A DNA stretch of 61,004 nucleotides, the filler included. It is 11 parts of 11 records of this genome, joined end to end, with 100 filler letters (N's around TTAATTAATTAA, not from the genome) between each part and the next. Parts side by side here need not be neighbours in the genome. Positions count along the whole stretch, not along the records: positions 9,011 to 15,187 come from SRR7504441_1082; positions 15,288 to 19,089 come from SRR7504441_1085; positions 19,190 to 22,670 come from SRR7504441_1086; 8 more parts are not named here. One strand, written 5' to 3'. Position 1 is the first letter of the stretch. Each line of letters starts with the position of its first letter. Below are positions 11,811-22,770 of this stretch, one piece after another. The translations under genes were made by a program, and so were the position numbers. The notes under the pieces were generated by a model. That model saw nothing but the letters and a program-made list of their open reading frames with translations, searched no databases and had not been told where the DNA came from.

Positions 11811-14800
11811 ATGATGACGATGCCAGCGAGCTGGCTGCTGCTGGGGGTGGTGCTCCAGCTGGTAGACGGCTGGATCGTCTATAGTAATGGGGGGAACGCC
11901 ACCTTCCACCACAACGTGCACATCGGCACGCCGGCCAGGTTGCGGCCGCGCCCTGCCACCCTGAGCCGCGGGCAGGGAGGTGTCGAAGGATGACCCTGTG
12001 CGACGCCGGAGCAGGAGGATGCCCACCCGGGACCTGCGGGTGAGCGGGGACATGGTCGTCGGGATGCACTTGTGCCCCGACTGGGTCGAGCAGTCGGTGT
12101 TGAGCGACGTGCCTCCCCCCCCCCCGGCCAGGCTGACCGGGGCAGGTGCTCTTCAACGGCACGTGCAGCGGGACGCCGGACGAGTGGGGCTATGCGGCCT
12201 CGCTCCCGATCGCGAACCGAACCTCCTTCGAAGTGCGCGGCGCTCTGATGGTGCGGCCGGCTGGCGGTGGCGGGCCGACCGGAGGGCAGATGTTGCCCGA
12301 ACGGGGCGGTTCCGGGAGCAACGTCTCGTGGGGGATGATGGTGGACTCGGCGGCCGACGGTGTTGAAGTGCTTGACTTGTGGCGGCCAGCCCGGTGCGGC
12401 CAGCCAGCGTTGGGGCGCTCACTGGAGGGCAGGGTGCGTGACTACACCAAGCCAAGCAACTGGTCGACAGTTGACCAGCGGGTGCTCGAACTCCGGGCTG
12501 AGAGACACGACCTCCACCTCGAAGAAGAGGCCGAGAGCAGGTACTCGGGCAGTCTGGTGCTTAAGAGCAGCGACGAGGAGAGTGTGAGTGGCGTGCTGTT
12601 TGAGAACCTGATCAACACCAGCTCGAGCTTCGGGCTGGTCCACAGCGCCAAGCAGCTCCAGCTGGTCAACGACGGCGCGATCGGGGAGCGATCGGCCCTG
12701 ACCATCGACGCCGAGAGGGGCACGCTTCGTCTGCGAGCGCTGGAGCTAGAGCAGGTGAGGACAGGTCTGGCACAGTCGAGTGCAAGCAAGTCAGCTCAAC
12801 TTCGAATCTCTGCTCAGCCCAAGATAGGCGGAGCCTCGGCTGGGTTGGTGCCGATGGAAGGGCTGTTCCGGATGGGCGAGTCTACGCTGACGCTCAAGCA
12901 GCACGAGACCCGCTACTCGATGGTGCACGAGGGGAGCGGCGCACTGCTGGTCCAGAAGCAAGTGGCCGACAAATCCACCCGGCACCTGCTCGAGCTGTCA
13001 GTCCGGCAGAACACGATCGAGCTGTCTCCCAACCCGAACTGGCACATCGCAGAGAGCCAGGATGCGCCCGGTGAAGACAGTCGAGTGCAGAGTCAGAACA
13101 CGGGGGTGCAGAGCCAGGACACTCTGTTCCAGCTCAACAACTACGCCATGTGGGGCCAGACAGATACTGTGCTCCAGTTTGCCGCCTACAAAGGCGTGCT
13201 CGCGTCTGAGCCGGGAGTGCTCGGAGGCCAGAAAGCCGAGCTGGTGTTTGAAGAGGGCGGTGACGAATACTCGCTCCGTGGGCAGGCTGGTCTGCTGCTG
13301 CTCCAGCGGCGGAGCGCTGCTCAGCAGATTGACACTGTGATTCTAAGCTCTCCGATGGCAAGCCACCCAGAGCCGACTTTGCTGCAGACGAGAGCACAGA
13401 TGACCCAGATAGCAAAGCTGCGGGCCGAGCAAGCGGTGCTCGAAGCTTATGAGATGTCCGCGGCGGCTAATGTTCCTCCTGATTACGACACATTCGAGGA
13501 GCAGCAGATGATGATGGACCAAGCCCGTCTAGCACTCGAAGCTTACAGGGCAAATGCCACCCTCCACGATGAGGCACTCGAGCTCATGCCAGACACCACC
13601 CTCACAATCAATCCTGCACCAGCTAGCACCTCTGCAGCTGATGCTGACTCTATTTTGGCTATCCGGGCGCCCGGCAGCCAAGAGGCCAGACTGTCATTGG
13701 GCCAGGGAGGGAAGGTACTCAGTATCAGTCACGATGGCGCCACTCAGTCACTGGCCTGGACTCGAACTGATATGGCTCAGCCTCTTTTCCGTCTGTCGGT
13801 TCCAACACTGACAGTGGCGGGGATTGCCGAGCCAATTGAGCCAGGCCAGACCTCTAATGCTATGCGATCAAGGCAGGTCGAGGCCTCTTTGTCTGAGACC
13901 GCTCTGGATCTGGATCTAAGCCTTGGAGGGGAGGGATCGCTGTTCAGCTCAGCGATCCCAGAAGGGGAGGGAAGCCCAGAAGAAGGGGAGGGAAACCCAG
14001 ACGGCAGTGTGCCATTCACAGCTAGAGCTAGTCAGGCTGATCGTATGTGGTCGAGCTCAATGGAACTGTCAGCCTCAGAGGAGCAAGAATCAAGTGTGGT
14101 CCTGGCAAGTGGAGTCGAAAGCTTCACACTCACCGGGAGCAGCTCAGGTCTCGATGTAATCCGCACCGGAATCCCATTTGCACCCTTCTCACTCAAGCTG
14201 CCTGGGGTGGCGGATACTGCTTCGGCATACCAGTCAATTGAAGATGCTCCAATAGATCTTGTCTGCAATACCTCCTGCGTAAAGGGAGTGCCGCCTCGTG
14301 CGTGGAACTTTGGTGGCGAGGGGGAGCCACTCAAAATCCCTGTCACCTGTTTTGCATCCAAGCATGATCAGCCGGAAGTTCTCACTCACACCATGCAGTT
14401 CAGTTGCACTCGTCCTCACTCTAAAGTACTCCTGCTGTGCCCAAATGACGACGCTGAACTCACTGCTACTTGTCGGGCGAAACGCAGTCACTTTGTGATG
14501 GAGGGACGCCAGATGTCTGCAAAGGATCGATACGAGGTTGAATGCCAGCTCGACAGCTTCTTGTTCTATCCGGTGCAACCTACGAAGTACGATGAGACCA
14601 CAATGGAGATATCTGATAAGTGGTTGGCCTGGGAGGCGGCTGGCGGGTACAACGAGAGCCAAACGCAATCTCAGAGTGATAAAGCAACCTGTCAATCGGA
14701 TTCTGTTGTTTTTGAGGGCGGATTCTCAGCGCGTGAAGAAGAGGCAAATAAGTGGCAAGCCACAATCGCTCTCCAGGCGAGCGAGAATCAACGGGCAGGC

Positions 14801-15187
14801 TTTGAGCTTCTTGCGGGTGATAAAGGCTTTGCTGTTGCCTCCGAGACTGATGCGTTCGTGATCTCAAGGTCGGATATGGTTGTACCTGCGATGAAATTGG
14901 ACGTGGAGAGTCCGAATGTCACAAGATTTTCTCTGAACGCACCAAACACTACAGGCAACGCAGGAGCAACAGTCATGCTTGCAGCTGCCGAGCGAGGGGC
15001 ATCGACCATAGAAATGAGAGTTGCCTCTGAGGCATATACAATAAGCAATGATGCTGGTGTGCAAGGGCTGGTGTTCTCAAGAGAGAAAGGTGGGGCAAGG
15101 ATCATGTCGCTATCTGCCCCAGATACCAAAGAGGCTGGAGGCGCGAAATCATGGGATGCAAACTTGGAGGTCCAAGCCTCTGCCGGT
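11811..15187 (+). CDS. Large secreted protein with beta-strand repeats (3'-truncated)
   Basis: Signal-like MPASWLLLGVVLQLVDG; two short 5' introns; then more than 1000 open codons with about 7 degenerate repeats. Confidence 0.7.
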
Positions 15188-15287
15188 NNNNNNNNNNNNN
15201 NNNNNNNNNNNNNNNNNNNNNNNNNNNNNNNTTAATTAATTAANNNNNNNNNNNNNNNNNNNNNNNNNNNNNNNNNNNNNNNNNNNN
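15188..15287. other. Artificial contig spacer
   Basis: Same 100-nt block. Confidence 0.98.
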
Positions 15288-18200
15288 GCAGAAGAAGCGG
15301 CAGCGGCGACGGGAGAAGCTGGGCCAGGAGCCCAAGAAGAAGAAAGAGAAGTTCTCGGTGTTCGACGACGCCGACCCCGGGCAGTTCGTGTACCGGCCCA
15401 AGACGGACGAGACCCAGGGCCCGTACGAGCTGCTTCTGTCGTTCATTCAGGGCCAGATCGGGGACCACCCGACCGACCTGATGCGCGGGGCGGCGCACGA
15501 GGTGCTGGCGGTGCTCAAGGACGAAACGATCAGAGACAGCGACAGGCAGGCCAAGGCGGAGGAGCTGCTCAGCGCGATGCCGGCGGAGAAGTTCAATAAA
15601 CTGGTGAACATCGGGAAGAAGATAACAGACTTCTCGGCCGAGCAGAAGGAGAGCTTCGCGGAGGACACCCTCGAGGAAGAGCTGGTCCCGGTGATCTTTG
15701 AGGAGGACGATGAGGAGGAGGACGATGACGACGAGGACTACGACGAGGTGAATGAGGACGAGGCGTCGGGCGACGAGGCCGGGGCGGGCGAAAGCAAGAT
15801 GCCACAGCTGGGCCAGCACATGGACGACGATGACGACGACGAAGCCGGAGGGCTCAACCTGCACCCTAAGGAGATTGGGGCTTTCTGGCTCCAGAGGGAG
15901 CTAGGTAAATACTACGAGGACGCGCTGCAGGCACAGGACCTGGCCCGGAAGGTGTTCGGGTGCTTGGGCGAGGAGGACGACCGGGAGGTTGAGAATCAGC
16001 TCGTGATTCTACTCAATTTCGATAAGTTTGAGCTGATCAAAACTCTGATGAAGAACAGGACAAAAATCTACTGGTGCACCCGGCACGGGCAGGCGCAGGA
16101 CGACCAGGAGCGGGCGGAGGTGGAGGCCGAGATGGGCGGCTCGGACGAGCTGCGCAAGATCCTGGCGGACATGACTGACGCGAAGGACGTGACTGAAGTT
16201 GTTAAGACGCGCGAGATCGAGAACAAGATCCGGCGGGAGGCCAAGGGCATGACTGGGAATGTGGAGGTCGAGAGCCGGGAGATGGACGGCGACGTGGTGA
16301 TGGCGCACGCGGGGGCTATGGAGCTGGCGCCCAAGGCTATGATGATGCTAGAGGACATGGCGTTCGACCAGGGGGCTCACCTAATGGCAAACAGGCGGTG
16401 CGAGCTGCCCAAGGGATCGACCAGGACCCAGTCCAAGGGGTACGAGGAGGTGCACGTGCCCGGGCTCAAGTCTGCCGCCCCGCAGGAGGGTGAGAAGCTG
16501 GTTAAGATCTCGGAGTTGCCGGAGTGGGCCCAGCCAGCGTTCAAGGGGATGGAGAAACTCAACAGGGTGCAGTCCAGAGTGTTCAAGACGGTCTTCTACA
16601 CCCCGGAGAACATGCTGGTCTGCGCGCCCACCGGTGCGGGCAAGACAAACATCGCTGTGCTCTCCGTGATGAACCAGCTTGGGTTGCACAGGAACGACGA
16701 TGGGTCGTTCGAGATCGACGACTTCAAGATCGTGTACATCGCCCCGATGAAGTCGCTGGTGCAGGAGGTGGTCCAGGGCTTCTCCCAGCGGCTAGAGCTC
16801 TACGGGATTAAGGTGCGCGAGCTCTCCGGCGACCAGAATCTCACTAAGCAGCAAATCTCAGAGACGCAGGTGATCGTCACTACGCCGGAGAAATGGGACA
16901 TTGTGACCCGCAAATCGGGAGACCGGACGTACACCAAGCTGGTCAAGCTGATCATCATCGATGAGATCCACCTGCTGCACGACTCGCGTGGGCCTGTTCT
17001 CGAGGCAATCGTCGCGCGGACAATCCGGCAGGTTGAGACCTCCCAGGAGATGGTGAGGATTGTGGGGCTGTCGGCCACGCTGCCCAACTTCGAGGACGTG
17101 GCCGCCTTCATCCGGGTCAAGCCGGACAAGGGGCTCTTCTTCTTTGACGGCTCGTACAGGCCGGTGCCGCTCGAGCAGAATTATATCGGGATTACCGAGC
17201 GCAAGCCGCTCCAGCGATTCAAGCTGATGAACGAGATTGTCTACGAAAAGGTCCGGTGTACTAGCAGCCGCGGGGCTGAGCCCTGGTGTCAGGTGATGAT
17301 GCATGCCGGGAAGAACCAGATGCTCGTGTTCGTGCACACCAGGAAAGACACGGCCAAGACCGCGCAGGCGATCCGGGACATGGCGCTCCAAGCGGACGAG
17401 CTGCCCAAGTTCCTCAAGGAGGACTCGAGCCGCGAGATCCTGCAGACCGAGGCCGAGAACGTGAAGAGCCAGGAGCTGCAGGAGCTGCTCCCGTATGGGT
17501 TTGCTATCCACCACGCCGGGATGACCAGGACGGACCGTACGCTGGTCGAGGACTTGTTCGCGGACAACCACATCCAGGTGCTCGTGTGCACCGCCACGCT
17601 GGCCTGGGGGGTGAACCTGCCAGCGCACACGGTGATCATCAAGGGCACACAGATCTACAACCCGGAGAAAGGCCGGTGGATGGAACTGTCACCACTCGAC
17701 GTGATGCAGATGATGGGCCGGGCTGGCCGGCCGCAGTTCGACACCGAGGGCGAGGGGATCATCATCACTGGGCACTCTGAGCTCCAGTTCTACCTCTCGT
17801 TGCTCAACCAGCAGCTTCCTATCGAGAGCCAGTTCATCTCCAAGCTGCCCGACATGCTCAACGCGGAAGTCTGCCTCGGCACTGTCAAGAACATCGACGA
17901 GGCCGCCCAGTGGCTAAGCTACACCTACCTGCACGTTCGGATGCTCCGGAACCCGAGCCTGTACGGTGTGCAGGACACCCAGGGCGACCCGACCGCACTC
18001 CAGCGCCGGGTTGATCTGGTGCACTCGGCCGCGATGATCCTGGACAAGAGCCAGCTGATCAAATACGACAGGCGGTCCGGCGTGCTCCAGTCGACAGATC
18101 TTGGGCGGGTGTCGTCGCACTTTTACGTGTCGCACGCCTCGATCGCCAGGTTTAACGAGTATCTCAAGCCGACTCTGTCGGACATTGAGCTGTTCCGGGT

Positions 18201-19089
18201 GTTCTGTCTGTCCGAGGAGTTCAAGTACATCATCGTGCGCGAGGAGGAGAAGCTCGAGCTGCAGAAGCTGCTAGAGAGGGCCCCGATCCCGGTCAAGGAG
18301 GGGATGGACGAGCCGTCGTCCAAGATCAACATCCTGCTCCAGGCTTACGTCTCAAGGCTCAAGCTCGACGGGTTTGCGCTCGCGTCAGACATGGTGTATG
18401 TGCAGCAGAGCGGCGGCCGGATCTTCAGGGCACTGTTTGAGATCATCCTGCGGCGCGGGTGGGCTGGGCTGGCCCAGAAGGCGCTCAGTATCTGCAAGAT
18501 GGTCGACAAAAGGATGTGGGGCTCGCAGTCGCCGCTCCGGCAGTTCAAGGGTATCCCTGAGGACATTGTGAAGAAGATCGAGAAGAAAGATTTCCCCTGG
18601 GAGCGGTTTTATGACCTGCCGCCAGAGGGGATTGGTGAGCTGATCGCCTTCCCCAAGATGGGCCGCACGGTCCACAAGTACGTGCACCAGTTCCCGCGGC
18701 TGGAGCTCTCTGCGCACGTGCAGCCGATCACTCGGGCGGTGCTGCGTGTGGACCTGACGATCACTCCCGACTTCCAGTGGAACAAGAAGGTGCATGGCGA
18801 GGCTGAGACGTTCTGGGTGTTCATCGAGGACGCGGATGGTGAGCGGATCCTGCATTACGAGTACTTTCTACTCAAGCAGCGATTCTCCGAGGAGGAGCAC
18901 AACCTCACGTTCACAGTCCCAGTGTGCGAGCCGCTCCCTCCGCAGTACTTCATCCGGGTGGTCTCAGACCGCTGGATCAACTGCGAGGCTCTTCTCCCGA
19001 TATCGTTCCGGAACCTGATCCTCCCGGAGAAGTACCCGCCGCACACCGAGCTGCTCGACCTGCAGCCGCTCCCGGTGTCGGCGCTCCGG
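15288..19089 (+). CDS. SNRNP200: U5 snRNP 200 kDa helicase Brr2 (partial: N-terminal region, first helicase cassette and Sec63 unit)
   Basis: [66 protein letters not shown]; one in-frame 42-nt intron at about 17251-17292. Confidence 0.97.
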
Positions 19090-19189
19090 NNNNNNNNNNN
19101 NNNNNNNNNNNNNNNNNNNNNNNNNNNNNNNNNTTAATTAATTAANNNNNNNNNNNNNNNNNNNNNNNNNNNNNNNNNNNNNNNNNNNN
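19090..19189. other. Artificial contig spacer
   Basis: Same 100-nt block. Confidence 0.98.
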
Positions 19190-19789
19190 AGCCTTGATAG
19201 ATCCGACGCGTCGTTTAGCCTCCCGTATCGTTGCACGTCTGTCTTCTCATGGAAGAACCTGCCTGCCGACTCAGCCTCGCGCCGGTCAGCGGCCCGCTGC
19301 CTGCTCCTAATCGGCTGCACCCCCTGCTGCAACGCCCCAAAGCAGCCTGGCCTCACCGTGAGCGGCCTCAAACCTTGGCGCCTCACCGAACCCGGAGCGC
19401 GACTTGTGCCGCATCAGAGTGCGTCCCATCACACGGTTAGTGCTCTGGATGCTTCGCACCGTCGGAGCGGCCGGCAGCTGTTGGGCGGCCTGCTCGGCTG
19501 CGGCTGCGGCTGCGGCGGCCGCCTTCTGGGCGACTTTTAGCTGGTTCTTCTCGCGCTCCTCCATCAACCTGCGCGGCCGGCTGGCCCGTGCCCCGGTCCG
19601 GCCGGCACCGGGCCCACTTGTTGCGCTTCTTGAGCTCCTCCTGCCCCGGCGGTGGGTCGGGGGCCCCGGGCGGGCGGCACCTGCAGGTTGGGAAACTTGG
19701 CCCGGCCCCTCGCCAGCTCCTGCCGGGCGCTCGGCCCGCCGCTAGGCCCGCCGCACCAGCTCGGACGAGGTCGGGAACGTGATGGACAT
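19190..19789 (-). CDS. Uncharacterised protein, 5' part, several micro-exons
   Basis: MSITFPTSSEL/ELARGRAKFPNLQ/EELKKRNK/LMEEREKNQ... joined across GT-AG introns of about 37-50 nt. Confidence 0.55.
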
Positions 19790-19938
19790 GCCGCCCACAG
19801 CACCGCCGCGAGTGCCCCGCGGATATCGATCTATTCCTGGGCTGGAATAAAAAATCTCGGCGGGTCGGTCCGGTCAGTGCGGAGGCTGGGCTGACGGTGC
19901 TCGCGCGAGTCGTCTAACTAGACAGGAAAGAGCGCAGG

Positions 19939-22056
19939 ATGTCGGCGTGTGCGCTCTGCGGTGCCGTGTTCAGTTCGCCGTTCAAGCGGCGGCAGCACCG
20001 GCTGGAGAGCTGCCCAGAGGTCCAGCTGACCGCCGCCCCGGTGCCCAGCGAGGTGGACAAAACCAAAGAGCTCGGGATGGCGGGGGCGGCTCAACGGACC
20101 GACCCCGAGGCCCCCACCACGGCCTGGCTGCTCGACCAAGCCGCCGCAAACCTGCAGCGCTGCCCGGCTGTCAGCAGCACCAGCTCGGGGCTCCGGTTCC
20201 AGTTCTGCGGTTCGGCTGTGCGGCCGGCCGAGGCGGCACAGGCGATGGAAGAGCTGCACAGGGCCGCCTCGGTGAAGAATCACTTGGCCAACATTTATCG
20301 CAGGCGGTACGGGGCGGTGGAGCGGCTGGAAGCCTATCTGGCCGCGGTGGAGCTGGAAGCCGCCAGGGGCGCATCCGAGTTCTGCTTCGTCGGAGTCGGA
20401 TCGATGGTGCCGGCGCTGCGGGCTGCCCAGCTGGGGGTGCGCACCACCATTTACGAGAGCTCGTCTAGCCTGCAGCTGCTGGGGAGCACCGTGGCCGCGA
20501 GGAACGGCTTGGGGAGCAAGATCCAGATCCGGCAGCAGCGTCCGGCTGCCGAGCCGGGCCAAGTGTGGATTAGCGAGAGCTCAGACCCGACCACCCAGTC
20601 GTTGGTTGAGGCGCTCCAGGCGGAGCATGTCGAGCGGACCGTTCCACGCCAGGCGAGCGTCAGGGCATACCTGGCACAGGTTAGCACGCCGACACAGTGT
20701 GGGTTCAATTTGGACGAATTCGACCGGTTTCGCAGTCCAACGAATTTGTTTGTTGCGCCCGGCTATTCGTGTGTTAGTGCGCACTCGATGCCGCACACGG
20801 TGGCTACTGCCAGCTTTGAGGCGTGCAAAACTGACCTGGCACGAAGCGACCCGTACAAGCTTAATTCACGAGTTGTGGCTCTGGAGGCGATAACTCAGTG
20901 CCAAGTGAATGCAGTCATCTTCTGGCCTGAGCTGCATTTTGATGGGACAGACAAAATCTGGTCGAATTGCCCTACAGAGCACAGCCAGTTCAAGCATGCG
21001 ATCGTTTATTTGGAGCATACACAGCGTGTAGCCCCAGGCGATCCGATTGAGTTGCGTGCAGCTGTCAGCGGAGGCAGTCTGCGCTTTTCACTGGAGTCCA
21101 AATCTGCAGTGCCGGTTGCGAGAGCCGCGGCCCCCACAGGGAGACATTTTGCGATTGACCCCTACCATTTCGGCATGGTGACCGATACAGCACGCAACAA
21201 TGCCTACCATAGAGCTGTGCAGAGTGCAGTGGCTAAGAAGAGTGCTGAGCTGGGCCGGGCCCCCGTAGCTGTCGACATTGGCGCTGGAACCGGACTGCTG
21301 TCGATGATGCTTGCATCGGCGGGAGCCCGAGTGGTCGCCTTTGAAATGGTGCCGCTGTTTGCCGAATGCGCGCGCGATGTGATCGCAGCCAACGGACTTG
21401 ATAGTCGGATTCGGCTGCACCAGTGCGCCTCAACACAGGCGGCAATGCCTGCTGGCGCTGATTTGATTGTCACAGAAACCTTTGACGACATGCTGGTTGG
21501 CGAGGGCGTGTTCCAAACCATGAGGCACGCTGTAAAGTCCCTTGCCAAACCGGATGCTATATTGGTTCCGAGCGCGGCCACCCTTTGTGTGCAGCTGATC
21601 GAGCTGCCGCCGCACCAAGCTGCTGGGTTTGAACTTGGCACTGTCAACGAAGCGTTCGAGACTCCGCTGGAGTGGTGCCCATTCTGGCCTGACAAGGTCG
21701 AACATCGCGTCTTGTCACAACCTACAGCTGTCATCGGTGTCGACTTTAGAGAAGTGCCAGACATATTGTCAGAAACAATATCGATTACAGTAACCGCAGC
21801 AGGGACTTGCAACGGAATCGTCTACTGGTGGGATCTAACGCTCGATGAGGAAACGCAGCTCTCGATGGGACCCGATAGCTCACAGCGCTCTTGGAAGCCC
21901 CTATTGCGATATGCGCGGGAGACGCAGGTGGAGGTTGGCGATCAGAGACAAGTCGCGGTTTATTTGACAGATTCGACTTGCCAAGTTCACTCGCTGTGGG
22001 GCTCGGAACATGACATGTACTTACGCGATCTCAAAATGAGGCAAGCCAGGGTGTAA
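19939..22056 (+). CDS. PRMT7/PRMT9-like protein arginine methyltransferase with tandem modules and N-terminal CxxC...H...C finger
   Basis: HFGMVTDTARNNAY, VDIGAGTGLLSMM, LIVTETFDDMLVGEG, GIVYWWDL in the C-terminal half; degenerate copy in the N-terminal half. Confidence 0.85.
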   Translation: MSACALCGAVFSSPFKRRQHRLESCPEVQLTAAPVPSEVDKTKELGMAGAAQRTDPEAPTTAWLLDQAAANLQRCPAVSSTSSGLRFQFCGSAVRPAEAAQAMEELHRAASVKNHLANIYRRRYGAVERLEAYLAAVELEAARGASEFCFVGVGSMVPALRAAQLGVRTTIYESSSSLQLLGSTVAARNGLGSKIQIRQQRPAAEPGQVWISESSDPTTQSLVEALQAEHVERTVPRQASVRAYLAQVSTPTQCGFNLDEFDRFRSPTNLFVAPGYSCVSAHSMPHTVATASFEACKTDLARSDPYKLNSRVVALEAITQCQVNAVIFWPELHFDGTDKIWSNCPTEHSQFKHAIVYLEHTQRVAPGDPIELRAAVSGGSLRFSLESKSAVPVARAAAPTGRHFAIDPYHFGMVTDTARNNAYHRAVQSAVAKKSAELGRAPVAVDIGAGTGLLSMMLASAGARVVAFEMVPLFAECARDVIAANGLDSRIRLHQCASTQAAMPAGADLIVTETFDDMLVGEGVFQTMRHAVKSLAKPDAILVPSAATLCVQLIELPPHQAAGFELGTVNEAFETPLEWCPFWPDKVEHRVLSQPTAVIGVDFREVPDILSETISITVTAAGTCNGIVYWWDLTLDEETQLSMGPDSSQRSWKPLLRYARETQVEVGDQRQVAVYLTDSTCQVHSLWGSEHDMYLRDLKMRQARV

Positions 22057-22087
22057 TCTAGGAGTCCTTGTTTATAATAAACCATCG

Positions 22088-22670
22088 CTATAAACCGTTG
22101 TTAGACTTGTTACCAACCACGCTCATAAACTGCTCCACGATCATGTCAAACTTGCCCTGGTCATCCGGCAGCGTCTGCTCGAAATATTTGGCAAATTCGG
22201 CCTCGCTGAGCACGAGCTCCGCATTGAATGGACTTGGCAGCGCACCTAATTCAATCGCGCCGCCGCCATTTCGGTCGAGCGCCTTGTACACCTGACGTAG
22301 CTTCGTCCTCCGTGCGTCTTTCCGTGCCGCCACTCGTTTGAGGATCAGCGGACCGATCGCTTCCTCTTCCGGCCAACTTGCCTCCTGCGCTTGCCTTGTG
22401 CGAGCTGCTGCCTCGCCTGACTCGTTTGGGCTCTTGACAGCTTGGCTGCGCTTGGGCTCGGGCTCCTGTTTGGAGAGCTCTAGCTCTCGCCTGAGTTGGT
22501 CTGCCTCCCATCGGCTCCTCTTCAGCTCGAACGCGTAGGCCTCCAGCTCGAGCTTCTCCTCGGCCAGCCGCTCGGACTGCACGGCATCCAGCTCCTGGCT
22601 GAGCTTGAGCTGCTCCTGCTGCCCAATCCTCGGGAACGGGCAAATCCATGCGCCAGACATTTTCCTAGAC
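22088..22670 (-). CDS. Coiled-coil protein with EF-hand-like C-terminus (5'-truncated)
   Basis: QVYKALDRNGGGAIELGAL...LSEAEFAKYF preceded by E/L-rich heptads. Confidence 0.55.
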
Positions 22671-22770
22671 NNNNNNNNNNNNNNNNNNNNNNNNNNNNNN
22701 NNNNNNNNNNNNNNTTAATTAATTAANNNNNNNNNNNNNNNNNNNNNNNNNNNNNNNNNNNNNNNNNNNN
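22671..22770. other. Artificial contig spacer
   Basis: Same 100-nt block. Confidence 0.98.

Noticed and set aside
10952-12162. Long overlapping ORFs (310, 359, 227 aa) and similar Arg/Pro/Ala-rich ORFs elsewhere
   Set aside because: Off-frame or antisense products of GC-rich coding sequence with no domain motifs.
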